Made by a program: the position numbers and the translations under genes
Notes under the pieces: model-generated
Databases searched by the model: none
What the model saw: only the letters and a program-made list of their open reading frames with translations
What the model was told of the DNA's origin: nothing
In this document: in pieces, positions 55,101 to 63,278 of the stretch
How positions within the stretch are numbered: position 1 is the stretch's first letter
Layout: each line of letters opens with the position of its first letter
Source of the DNA: Perna viridis
Lineage: Eukaryota
Assembly: GCA_037379345.1 (NCBI GenBank)
Contig: CM074514.1
Span: forward strand, 9,238,001 to 9,302,000
DNA length: 64,000 bases
Direction of reading: 5' to 3'

Positions 55101-58100
55101 GATTATAGTATATTCATGGGAATTTGTAACGGCTTAACTGTTATTAGGTGAAAAATTGAAGGGCTCAGGTCTTCAATCCCATATGTTTCTAGCATACCTT
55201 TTTCTAAAAAAAACCTATTAGGCAAACGGATTACATTTTAAATACACACGTACCGAAATGTGTTTTATAGTCTTATCATGATAAACATTAAAACATTGGC
55301 GAATTACATTTATATATATATGATATACATATAAGTCTACAGGATTGTACAGCGATACCGATAAAGATGTTAACACACTACAATAAAATATATAATGGGC
55401 AAAATTTTCAGTCAACAAATGACCTTCTTCAGCGTCTTAAATAAATAACTAAAAATATATATACGATACGCTCATATTTCCTGAAATGGGGGGGGGGGTG
55501 TCAACCTCCATTAAAAGTGGAACGCTGCTGTTATATTTGGGCAAATAAGTACGACTTTGTTCCACTGCAATCACGCGTAAATACATTGCTTGCTTGCGAA
55601 AAATATCTTAAGGAGTTGTTGGTGTATCCTGTCCCGTGGGGATGTTATTCGGTATACAAAAATCCCTCTAGGAGAGAGGGGAAACGGGGGCTCATGCTGT
55701 CCAATGGTCTATAATCATCATTTTATTTTATGATGCCGCCTTTTTTATACGACCACAATTTTGTTTCGGCCGTACAATGTTACCGCCCTGTCGTGGTGGT
55801 CTTCATCGTCCGATAACTTCAGTTTATTTTTGATAACTTATCAGATGTTTTTTTTAAAATTTTAATACATCGCGGAAGACCCTATAGTTTTTTGATATTT
55901 TTTTAGTTGTTTGATTTTTTCCCCAAAACCTTTTTGGAAATTAGGGAATTAAAAATGGAAAATGGGTGTTACCACTAGAATTTATAGAATAAGCGTATTG
56001 TTGATCCGATTGTCAATCTGTTCTTTTTGAAATTATGTTTTAAAAACTCTTACAGGGTAGGCTTCACTAGTTGCATGGTTGTTATCATGAACTCGTTGAT
56101 CGTTATTGTGTATCCATCTGCATCATAGAAAATGATTTTTTCAACTTGTCATAGTTTTCCTTTACTCTATCGGCTACCCTGGACTTTATTTTTATGAACC
56201 ACTTGGCGGATGTCTTTTGAAAAGCAGAGGACGCTTACCCTACCGGTGCACCTGATTCATGCTGCCAGGTTTTAGTGGAGTCCATGTTGTTCATTCAATT
56301 TTGTTACTTTGTATGTATTATTTTGGTTATTTTATATTCTTTGTTGTGTGTGTCTTTTTCCATGTCTGGTCTTCACCATATCCGTTCTATGTCTATAATA
56401 ATAATTAATGCTTGCATTTTTCAATCAGATTTCAGATATATCATACGGTTTGTGAGTTATAAGGCGCGGAAGGGGCCATCCCTCCCCACCCCCCAAAAAA
56501 GGTTTTTGGTCCGATTTCAAAAGTGTTTTGTATTGAGTTTCCTTTGAAAATCCCTGTCTGCATTTTTAAATCAAATTTCAGTTGTGTCCTACGGTTTTTG
56601 AGTTATAAAGGTTCTAAGGCGCCACAACTCCAAAAATCGACTTTTAAAAAAATTGTTTGTCCAATATCGAAACAAAATTGTTGTTGGTATCCCTATGCTT
56701 TAGTGTGTCAGTAACTAATATTGTGTCCACACTTACTCCGGGTCAACAGTGTTCGACATGCTGTGGTCGTATCACGCTGCGCTTTGCGAAGCTCTTCATT
56801 GTGTAATAACAAACATACCAAGCGACCTTTATTATCAAATATCTAGAAATCATTTATCATTTACGATTCTAAGAATTGTTAAAAGTATCTATCAAAATAC
56901 TTTTACAAGTAAATATTGGTTCATGTTTTTATCGGTCCCAGTGGAGTCCGGATTTACTTTGTTTCTAGTGACGGTTAAATTTAGTGATGCATGTTCTTTG
57001 TTGTGAGTGTCCATCTCCCTTGCCTAGTAGTTATTGTTTGATTATTCTATTTTCAATTACCCTTCGAATTATGTTTGCCTTGATTTCCCTTTTTAATGAA
57101 GGTCTCAGAAAAGATTCCAAACTTTTGGAAGACAGATATAGATTTCATTAAACAAGGATCTTTATACACGGTTGATTGGAAGAACGTTTTCGTGTCATCA
57201 CCTGGAAGTATAAAAATGTTCAACGTGTACCTGAGTTCCTACCCCGAGGGTAACTATTTTTCTTTAAAATGTCGAAATCTCAGACAAGGAAAAACTCAAT
57301 TCATATTTAAATCGTTTTGAATACCGATCGTTCAATGCTGTTTTTATTCCGTTTTAATTAAAAAATTATGTATACTGTAAGGTAAAAAGTAAGAATGACT
57401 TTATTGCTTAAATGTGTTTTATCATAATACTAGTATTCGATTTTTATTTATTTTTATTGTGATTGATATGGTTCCACCTTATATGAACAATGTTGAATTA
57501 AGAATGATTTATGTACTCTTTAGTAATTACGTATTTGCTTCATATAAGAATTGATAACATTCTAATTTGTTTGTTATAATATATTATTTATAAAGGTACA
57601 GATTTACACACCGTAAATGTAAATCTAGACCCTTCAATAACAGCTTTAAACATCAGCCGCCTTGCCATGATCCCTAGTGTGCGTTACTATAGTAATGTTG
57701 TTGCTAGAACACACTCGGGACTCCAGACAACAGCGTCTTCCGATGGTGTAATGGTGGATGTTAATAAACCTGTGTGTGGTTTAGTTTATGATGGAATCGG
57801 TAAGATAAAAACGTAACATATAAGCATTAAAGCTTGTTATTGTTTCATATTTAATTAATGAATGTCATGAATAAACAAATTACCATATTTATTGTCTTCA
57901 AAAATCAAATAAATTATCTTCTACTATACGAACCTTGTTATTCAAATGTCTATTGTATGATTCACTAAAAAAAAACGTAAAAGTGACTATAGGTAATAAC
58001 AATCTTTATCAAAACAACAGGTTTAAATGATGTGGAATACCAAAATAGATCAGATATAACAGCATCTCGATGGCACGGATACACGGACCTGGAATCTGGC

Positions 58101-61100
58101 ATCATAAAATACTCCTGGTGCACTGGTAGCAATACGAATGCCGACAACTGTGATATTTCTGCCTGGAAAAATAATGGAATGCAGACTTCTGTTTCATTCA
58201 ATTTACAGACACCTTTGAAAAATGGTAAGGAAATTAGCTTGAAAAAAACCTCTTAAATTAATTTTCAATATTTTTTTGTATTGAAATTGTATTTTTCTCT
58301 CCTATTTAAAGAGTTGAATCAAAATTAAAAAATCGTTGTAAAGCAAACAATCTTATTTCATCCATAGGTATTTCACATGTATAATAATTAGATTTTGACT
58401 TGAGTACTTGTTTTTATTATGTACAGGAGCAACTGTATACTGCAAAGTCAAGGCAACTGATGGTGTCGGTCACGTGTCAGATGTCATGACATCAAATGGA
58501 GTTGAGGTAGACACAACAGCTCCAATACCCGTCAACTTTATACATAAAGACCATAATTATGTAAACAATCCATCATTTGAAGATAATAATGGATGTTTCA
58601 TGAACATAACAGATATGTCATCAACAAACATTTGTGGATTCGACAATTGTTATCATCCTGTTTCATGGTCGTTAGAGGGATGTGCTATCATTATCCGTTC
58701 TGACGTCAATGCAGCATATGAAGGACGGTCCTTGATATTTCTAAAAGGCGTGATTCAACAGAATGTTACACAACTGAATATCGGATCTATTTACAGACTT
58801 TCGTTCGTGACAGCACACCTACCAATCCAAGAAGCTCTGATCTCTAATTTAGAAGGATCAGTCAGCTTTGGTCAAGGGGAAAACGTGTTTCAAATGTACA
58901 CCAAGTCAAACCAGTCTGATATAGTATGGCATCGGCACGTGTTCTATACGAAATTAGAAGAGAATATGTCATTGATCAAATTCAGTAGTTTAGATAATCA
59001 CGTGGGTTTTCTGGTTGATGACATCCGGATAGAGGAAGTTAAAAGAAAGTCCGGCGATGATACAGCTATAAAGGTCCATACAGTAGAACTACACAGATGG
59101 TCTTCTATTCACGCATCCTGGCTTTTTGTAGATCCCGAGAGTTCCATTAAGGAATATCTTTGGGCAATTGGTAAGCTAAGATATTTTCGACTGCAAAATG
59201 TGTAATATGATTTTAGGCTTTTCTTTTGAGGGATTGAGCTACGAATACTCAAATTTTACCGACATGAATTATGGAAAAGGCTCTCCTACAAACAAAAAGA
59301 TTACCAATAGTTGTTGTTCTACTATCAAGTTTGATTCATTGTTTTGCATTGTCTTCTATTTTTGTCCAAAAACCTATCAAGTTATTACATTGGAAGTTAA
59401 AAAATTTTGGCAAAATAAATTGCTATATTCCTTAATTCGATTTAGGAAACACAGAGGGAAGTGCAGAATTACAAGATTTTGTGAGTGTTGGTGTTAATAC
59501 ATTTGCCTATAATTATGACCTGACATTAGTCCATGCTTCACAAGTATACGTAACAGTAGTAGCTATCAACGGTGCTGGTTTGACAAATGTAGCGTACTCA
59601 ACAGCAATAGACATAGACAAAACTCCACCAGTTCTGGAGGAGGTTCATGATGGAACAGGTCTGTGGCACTGAAAAGTCATTCTTTAGAACAAACCAATAT
59701 TTAAATTTTACAATGTAATTTTTTGAAATACACCTAATGCTGTCAATTTGATTATTTGTATGTAGTTTTACTGGAGAATGTATACATTGGCAGGGAGTTC
59801 AGTAATGAAAGACATTTTAAACACTAAATGATATATTTCATTTATACTTCTCAACAAAACTGTATTTAAAAAATCTTTACCTCAGTCAGTATTTATCGAA
59901 GCACGTTAAATAATATAAAAAAAACAAAACATTTACATGATTAGCTGACGATCAACGCAAGCAACTACTCCCATACGAGTGATGAAACTATATATTATTT
60001 TATTAGGTGTTGATATAGATGGTCAGACAACTAACACTATAGCTGTTAACTGGAAAGTGTCGGACCCAGAATCAGGAATAAGCTTCTGTGAATGGTCAAT
60101 AGGTGAGGGAATCTGTATTAGTATATACGAACTATTTATTGAGAAATCATAAGTATTTTTTTTAGTTTAAATGGATTGATCATGTTTAGGCACATAAACT
60201 TATCCTAACCGACAAAATTATATCTTACTAATTTACGTTGTCATACCTGCTAGAAAGTAAAATTATCAGGGATGAAATGTGAAGACAGTAAATATTAATT
60301 ATAAATAAAGTCCCAATTTAATAAAAAAAAAATAAACAAAATAGCGTATAGCCAATGAAAAGGAAAATACTAATGTAAGTGAAATTCTATTCCATCCCGT
60401 ACCAAATCAAACCAGATCGGCTAGTCTAATGAAGCATACACAGAGAATTTCATAATACTGCAAATTAAATTATGTATGATAAACTTAACCCGAAGGATGT
60501 ATTATAGTAAGTACAGTAGTAAGCTTATTCCCTGAGAATTAGTTATGTTATTTTTGTGTCGAAAAGTTATAATTCAGGGGACTGTTAAACGAAGCTATCT
60601 TATCCTACTCCTCAACTCGTGACACTATTCTAAAAAATGACTGAGTAAACCTTTTCAATTATATATTCTGTACTGACTACATGAATACAGACAGTGTAAT
60701 GACAAGATCTGAAGAGATTTTCCATGAACAGACTACTTTAACGTAGTATATTTGGGAAAATTACGAAGTTCGAAGGACATAGATTTCACTTATGGCGTAT
60801 TACAAAATTAAGGGTATTTCCTAATATATAAACAGTTTGAGTTTGACAGCTTTCTAGGGTAAATAAAGATGTAAAGATGAAAGGTTTGTTCTTTTACTAT
60901 ATTTAGAGTTATGTCAGACATTCTATGAAATAGTTTATGTACAAACGTTGTACAACATTAATAAACAGTCTAATTATTGAAATACAAACTCTTTTATGAA
61001 TTTACAAGATGAAACAAAAAAAAAAATGTGAAATCGATTGGTTGATTAATTGATTGCTTAGGTTTAACGCCCGAGCAGCCATAGTTCAGCTATATTCAGG

Positions 61101-62950
61101 CGATGGACCTGAAATGACGATGAAATAAAAATAAAAGGATTGGAAACAAGTATGGGTTGACAAATATGGATTGCCACTGGAAATAGGGAGAGGTGGGTGG
61201 GGTCGGGCAATTTAGCCTCCTACTCCGATAAAATACCACAGAAGGGTTCTTTAAAGTGCGATGAACTTCGCATCTTTCCCAACAAGTTGCTCCATTATGG
61301 TTTGTGATCAGGTTTTCCCAACATGTAACATGACAGGGGTACCCAATTCCACCACTTGGGGCGGACAACCCAATTGTTCCGTGGGTTCTGAGCATTATTT
61401 ATTCGTCTTATACAACAAGCATATCGCTGCTGCAGTACTATTCTTGTGACACCCGGGCCTGCAATTTGAATGATCTACCTTCCTGTGTTTAAACGTTTAA
61501 ATAATTACTTTTGCAGTGTCTTTAACTTTTGTAAATTAAATTTCTTTTTTATTGTCAAAAGCAGTGATGCCATAAGTGATATACAATACATTTTACATGC
61601 TATATATATATAAGTGAATGAAAAATATTCTGTTGGCTTGGAGACCATCTTTACCCAGATAGCTTTAAGATTCTTAGCTCTAACGTACAGTGTCAGACAT
61701 GTCCTTGGATGATCATATGATGTTATGTTTTATCTAAGGATAGTTTAATTAAAAAAGCATTGAATTGTACTGCGGTTTGTCAAAATCATCTGAAATTTAT
61801 AATCGGTTAAACGTTAGAATTTTTGATCGGTTAACCGGTTAACCGTTAGATTTTGTTACCAATGCAACACGGATATTTCCCAAGTCACATAGTAGCATTT
61901 AACGTGTTTTTCATTTGTTCTTAAATTAAGACCAAGCTTTAAACGGCGGTATTTTCACGTCTAGTTGCTTTGGCCATTTAAGAGCCCAAAAAGAGTATAA
62001 CGACAATTCTGATAACCAATCTGAATAATCGATTTTAATAAGTATTTAAACAACATATAAGGTTGTAATGGTTAACCGGAAAACCGCTTCTATTTCTATT
62101 TACAACTGGTGATGAAAAATTAAATGAACTATCATTTGGAGTACATGTTTTTTTAGTGGATCAAGATTTGAGTACATATAATTCTATTTAAGGTCTACAA
62201 CCACTTGGTAATGAGCTTCAATCTTTCACACGGACCACTGATCTCGATTCTGCATCTGTTGACTTAGAAGTAGCATCAGTTTCACAAAAAACTATTTACT
62301 CTACCATCAGATGTCATAACAAAGGAGGGTTATACACTACATCGACATCTGACGGTGTGGCTGTATCAGAAAAACCGCCATCTATTGACAATGCTGAGAT
62401 AACTATAGTTCCGTTACATGTGACGGAATACAGTCCGGGTGATTTTGACCAAGGAGATACTGCTACAATTAGAATGAAATGGACTGGTTTTACCGACCAA
62501 TTTAAAATACTGTCATTTGTGGTAAATATCCTAGATCTTCGTACATGTTTGGTCAGAATGTCATCTTTATGGAATTATTCATTTTACTAAATGCATTAAT
62601 TAAAATAGTCTTGTTTTTGCTCTTGTTTTTTGTTTTATATTTCTCTTAACAAGTTGAAATTCTTAACTGTACATGTATAAACAGCTGAAAATACAAAACA
62701 ATACATTAATTTTGGTTTTTACAAGTACAATTAGTTTTGTATTTTGAGGTTAAATTGGATGGCGGAGGTCTTCATTTCAAGAATAATATCTTAAATGTAA
62801 ATGAAGGTGTAACATACATGTCCGTCCAGGGATTACAGCTGACGAATGATGTTTATACAGCGAGCGTTGCTGCAACCAACTATATGTACATCAGAAGTAG
62901 CCAAGTCTATACTAATATTACTGTCAACCAATCGTCACCTTCAGTTAAAG
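10017..62950 (+). CDS. Giant multi-exon gene, partial at both ends: Cys-rich/EGF-like modules, then about 20+ FN3/Ig-like repeats and one CBM-like domain; about 3,210 aa in window; uncharacterised invertebrate extracellular protein
   Basis: 49 exons joined by hand. All have AG acceptors and GT donors (one GC), the phases chain without conflict, and the 9,630 nt are open. The motif DxTPPxxGxVxDG/DxDxQ/WxGFxDxESGIxxY/YYxxVxAxNxxG/SDG recurs across splice junctions. Confidence 0.9.
10430..10576 (+). CDS. exon 2 (Cys-rich)
   Basis: ctatag|...|gtaagt; ICPSIANCNHRRCSTPSDNYCEWC...KQCR; phase 1-1. Confidence 0.85.
13570..13683 (+). CDS. exon 3 (EGF-like)
   Basis: attcag|...|gtaagc; KACSWRSDSTRCYPGNCTNEVVESCSCTSGFGGTQCDT (CxCxxGFxGxxC). 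Confidence 0.88.
13820..14770 (+). mobile_element. non-LTR retrotransposon ORF2 C-terminal fragment (RTE-X/L2-like), decayed
   Basis: ...KAIFLNRLYSY...LLHKYSL...FPSKQEWKRIIK...W..RI..DSDF.KFREIH, then CxxC...H...C remnants; frameshifts. Confidence 0.6.
14821..15084 (+). CDS. exon 4
   Basis: ttacag|...|gttagt; contains ORF 14883. Confidence 0.85.
15424..15556 (+). CDS. exon 5
   Basis: ttacag|...|gtaagt; GSSSNFSTFSCPATEDYP...GHSD; phase 1-2. Confidence 0.85.
15735..17790 (-). mobile_element. RTE-X-like non-LTR retrotransposon fragment, decayed
   Basis: minus-strand GVKQGENLS, ILYADD, YSYLGVLF...KALYAL...LFDSLISPIL...TPNYMIYGELG; (TTATTGTC)n-type 3' tail near 15735-15760. Confidence 0.8.
17806..18025 (+). 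CDS. exon 6
   Basis: ttgaag|...|gtaatt; KLVFTIQARNGGYL...WDYITP...ITDQ; phase 2-0. Confidence 0.85.
19397..19546 (+). CDS. exon 7
   Basis: ctacag|...|gtacaa; KLTMFTWKAWSDDLAGVDFYEYEI... Confidence 0.85.
19748..20339. mobile_element. MITE with ~30-bp TIRs, TTAA-flanked, containing ~2 copies of a ~207-bp internal repeat
   Basis: ttaa|GTATGGTTCTACCTAAAAACAAGGCAG ... CTGCCTGGTTTTAAGGTAGAGCTGTAC|ttaa; TTTGACTGGTTATA at 19894 and 20101. Confidence 0.7.
20815..21163 (+). CDS. exon 8
   Basis: cctcag|...|gtatca; GKFNVTQPGMYSIILTAFDKAGN... Confidence 0.9.
21565..21859 (+). CDS. exon 9
   Basis: ttgtag|...|gtaagg; GVVKFDVNY...VKATDIIG...DVTYP. Confidence 0.9.
22382..22508 (+). CDS. exon 10
   Basis: caacag|...|gtatgt; TFEFDAFDYHSGLHNVHWKL... 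Confidence 0.88.
23043..23267 (+). CDS. exon 11
   Basis: ttaaag|...|gtaaat; NITLCEDLYE...YFIEITVVNQAML. Confidence 0.88.
23687..23887 (+). CDS. exon 12
   Basis: ttacag|...|gtatca; ITIDISPPQPGSVHDG...VDYQQ...WDGFFDPESGVKYY. Confidence 0.92.
24174..24445 (+). CDS. exon 13
   Basis: ttttag|...|gtatat; ...YFITVVALNKA...CSDGVTI. Confidence 0.9.
24615..24738 (+). CDS. exon 14
   Basis: ttgtag|...|gtttgt; SASPSIIDDIKLIPE...; restores phase 2-0. Confidence 0.8.
25055..25273 (+). CDS. exon 15
   Basis: atgtag|...|gtacaa; MVITWDSVDDERIVFDYEIG... Confidence 0.88.
26094..26250 (+). CDS. exon 16
   Basis: ttttag|...|gtaagg; SIGPIIIDVTPP...ANWSKGAFQDTED...FAI. Confidence 0.9.
26436..26765. repeat. cluster of GTCTT/AAGAC palindromic motifs, probably subterminal repeats of a DNA transposon remnant
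   Basis: more than 12 copies of GTCTT/AAGAC (e.g. gtcttaagac, gtcttgaagac, gtctcaagac); no partner terminus found. Confidence 0.45.
28269..29916. mobile_element. non-autonomous hAT-like DNA transposon with a 6-bp TSD (TATACA)
   Basis: TATACA at 28263-28268 and 29917-29922; CAGGGG.../...CTCCTG ends with imperfect TIR; subterminal TCGCCAG repeats at both ends. Confidence 0.75.
28799..29315 (-). mobile_element. SINE-like non-autonomous retroelement (V-domain/RUDI-like), full length with 14-bp TSD
   Basis: TSD TGATATCTGAATAG at 28785-28798 and 29316-29329; (AAAC)n tail; GCACGTTAAAGAACCC core; 3' ATATAGCTGAAATATTGCTG..GACGTTAAA; second copy at 61036-61463. Confidence 0.8.
32045..32180 (+). repeat. 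dispersed repeat, unclassified (also at 43822-43955)
   Basis: ccact.tatagatag.tcactgcagataa...gacaatttgt.gaaata shared by both loci. Confidence 0.6.
33712..33992 (+). CDS. exon 17
   Basis: tttaag|...|gtatgt; GQSKDRTDV...YYVTIKVTNLAGLS... Confidence 0.88.
34222..34422 (+). CDS. exon 18
   Basis: ttacag|...|gtatgt; DIIDVDF...WKGFHHPH...LGTTHGSCD. Confidence 0.9.
35153..35282 (+). CDS. exon 19
   Basis: tttcag|...|gtatgt; KYFFTVKAITSAG...SDGVMVVD...IHDGPVCT. Confidence 0.9.
36003..36037 (+). CDS. exon 20 (35-nt microexon)
   Basis: ttgtag|...|gtaagt; DETSVNASHHTN; needed to convert phase 1 to 0. Confidence 0.78.
36543..36684 (+). CDS. exon 21
   Basis: ttgtag|...|gttagg; DILKHCLPDIDYQTSTTTLYAKW... 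Confidence 0.88.
36996..37210 (+). CDS. exon 22
   Basis: acacag|...|gtaata; ...LQPGRTYRFNIKLC...SDGVTI. Confidence 0.9.
37523..37690 (+). CDS. exon 23
   Basis: ttgtag|...|gtgagt; ITIITKQMYDPDI...IDFFEWAI. Confidence 0.88.
37765..38700 (-). mobile_element. Penelope-like (Naiad-type) RT and 3' UTR fragment
   Basis: GIPIGTYCNPLFADQFLHSYEADF, KLYDKRDDFSF; 3' UTR matches 31290-31555. Confidence 0.85.
38939..39122 (+). CDS. exon 24
   Basis: atctag|...|gtaggt; FKFDVILED...LRGYNKV...; phase 0-1 (an in-frame acceptor 6 nt downstream is also possible). Confidence 0.8.
39597..39839 (+). CDS. exon 25
   Basis: ccaaag|...|gtaagt; EDGSSEDV...PDVDYIP...YQWGV...KCGHT. Confidence 0.85.
39810..40345 (+). 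repeat. degenerate tandem array derived from the 3' end and donor of exon 25
   Basis: variants of atcatcaaatgtggtcat(acag)gta at about 39818, 39897, 39926, 39965, 40217 and 40324. Confidence 0.5.
40732..40952 (+). CDS. exon 26
   Basis: tttaag|...|gtaaaa; ...LIHGKRYSVCV...CSDGVVVDLTAPIGGNVWVG. Confidence 0.88.
41155..41308 (+). mobile_element. Penelope-like 3' end (solo pLTR-like fragment)
   Basis: agtccgagttgctcatttgc...gattaccgctataaccttggttcccttgattac, matching 31415-31555. Confidence 0.8.
41710..41815 (+). CDS. exon 27 (GC donor)
   Basis: tcgcag|...|gcaagt; TSSSDIYVTWDSFVDVEE...SGISHYLVSV. Confidence 0.85.
42362..42478 (+). CDS. exon 28
   Basis: ttgaag|...|gtgatg; GSVEDGVDVIDKRNVG...LQDGHTYYVSVS. 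Confidence 0.88.
42715..42850 (+). CDS. exon 29
   Basis: caacag|...|gtaaat; GVDFISRN...VTVDTTPP. Confidence 0.9.
43185..43490 (-). mobile_element. Penelope-like 3' end (ORF end plus 3' UTR)
   Basis: reverse complement of 31262-31555. Confidence 0.85.
44437..44617 (+). CDS. exon 30
   Basis: ttgtag|...|gtaata; CWKNIFFDIESGIDHYMVGLGS...PYFVTVK. Confidence 0.92.
45003..45279 (+). CDS. exon 31
   Basis: atttag|...|gtgagt; AYNRAGLS...DISSPVAGHVYDG...DIDYQ...WEGFHDPHS. Confidence 0.92.
45493..45679 (+). CDS. exon 32
   Basis: ttgcag|...|gtgaat; ...SDGVTIDNSPPVPGIVQDG. Confidence 0.9.
45903..46114 (+). CDS. exon 33
   Basis: ttccag|...|gtaact; RDYIPAKWFGFNDVQS...VRAYNKA. Confidence 0.92.
46394..46626 (+). 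CDS. exon 34
   Basis: cctcag|...|gtaatt; GIYTESTSNGFIVDVSPP... Confidence 0.9.
46870..47023 (+). CDS. exon 35
   Basis: ttttag|...|gtaaac; INGILREY...LHDGGTYYF...IDTTPP. Confidence 0.9.
47545..47723 (+). CDS. exon 36
   Basis: ttcaag|...|gtatga; GMFAIG...WVGFSDLHTGIDKYYVSVGS...LNK. Confidence 0.9.
47658..48398 (+). repeat. tandem array, 10 copies of a ~76-bp unit comprising the exon 36 3' end, its splice donor and ~12 nt of intron
   Basis: GGTATAG-like anchors at 47664, 47740, 47816, 47892, (~47969), 48033, 48109, 48183, 48259 and 48335. Confidence 0.92.
48670..48813 (+). CDS. exon 37
   Basis: taatag|...|gtaatc; VPGIPTELSH...FISVWATNK. Confidence 0.87.
49725..49893 (+). CDS. exon 38 (small Cys-rich insert)
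   Basis: acctag|...|gtcagt; VGLRS...RRCDSLTCLGHCVCSPKDQRCHINGQSC. Confidence 0.87.
50280..50421 (+). CDS. exon 39
   Basis: tgttag|...|gtaaag; DNKNTMITVSD...LAAKW. Confidence 0.87.
50767..50888 (+). CDS. exon 40
   Basis: ccaaag|...|gtttgg; WYEWSVGLSS... Confidence 0.87.
51890..52029 (+). CDS. exon 41
   Basis: tttcag|...|gtgagt; GQKLAELYTYSVFVRVWY...SNGITV. Confidence 0.88.
55975..56375 (+). mobile_element. Penelope-like 3' fragment, diverged
   Basis: catgaactcgttgatcgttat...aaagcagaggacgcttaccctaccggtgcacctg...gtttttccatgtctggtctt. Confidence 0.75.
56407..56695 (+). repeat. two-copy ~150-bp tandem repeat, probably transposon-internal
   Basis: tgcatttttcaatcagatttcag...acggtttgtgagttataagg recurs at 56414 and 56559. 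Confidence 0.55.
57102..57249 (+). CDS. exon 42
   Basis: atgaag|...|gtaact; VSEKIPNFWKTDIDF...WKNVF. Confidence 0.87.
57596..57799 (+). CDS. exon 43
   Basis: ataaag|...|gtaaga; GTDLHTV...YYSNVVA...SSDGVMVDVNKPVCGLVYDGI. Confidence 0.9.
58021..58224 (+). CDS. exon 44
   Basis: caacag|...|gtaagg; GLNDVEYQ...WHGYTDLESGIIKYSWCTG. Confidence 0.92.
58427..59170 (+). CDS. exon 45 (744 nt; contains CBM/DUF642-like jelly-roll)
   Basis: gtacag|...|gtaagc; ...VDTTAP...NPSFE...YRLSF...FLVDDIRI...WLFVDPESSIKEYLWAI. Confidence 0.92.
59446..59658 (+). CDS. exon 46
   Basis: atttag|...|gtctgt; GNTEGSAELQDF...YVTVVAINGAGL...DKTPP...VHDG. Confidence 0.9.
60007..60102 (+). CDS. exon 47
   Basis: tattag|...|gtgagg; GVDIDGQ...WKVSDPESGISFCEWSI. 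Confidence 0.9.
61036..61463 (-). mobile_element. second, internally deleted copy of the V-domain/RUDI-like SINE
   Basis: colinear with 28799-29315; (AATC)n-like tail. Confidence 0.8.
62193..62521 (+). CDS. exon 48
   Basis: tttaag|...|gtaaat; GLQPLGNELQSF...RCHNKGGL...SDGV...WTGFTD. Confidence 0.9.
62749..62950 (+). CDS. exon 49 in window (gene continues beyond window)
   Basis: tttgag|...|gttatt; VKLDGGG...YTASVAATNY...NQSSP. Confidence 0.8.
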
Positions 62951-63278
62951 GTTATTAAAATTATATATTAAAAAATACATGAAATTGTATGTTATCAATA
63001 AAAATCAATTAACATTAATTGTATAAGGGATATATCGTTGTTGTTATTCTTCATTCTTTATTTGTGTTCCCCCGCTCCCTAGGGGAAAAGGTTATACTTT
63101 TACATTTGTGTTCCTGTAATGCATATTTCAATAGATTGAATCAAAAATTATTCTTTGATGTTTTCAAATTTCTTTACTCTACTTCTTAATTTTATTCGTT
63201 TAACTGTTCTTTATGGTGTTGTTGAGAAACAAAATAGTTTTGTAATGTTCCATGAAAACTGTTTTTTTATACTACATC

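Noticed and set aside
52030-57101. Additional exons or a nested gene in the 5-kb intron 41 (likewise the 7.5-kb intron 16)
   Set aside because: Flanking exons already join in phase with continuous repeat motifs; the ORFs there are low-complexity or transposon-derived. I could not define ends for a suspected element at about 52060-55140.
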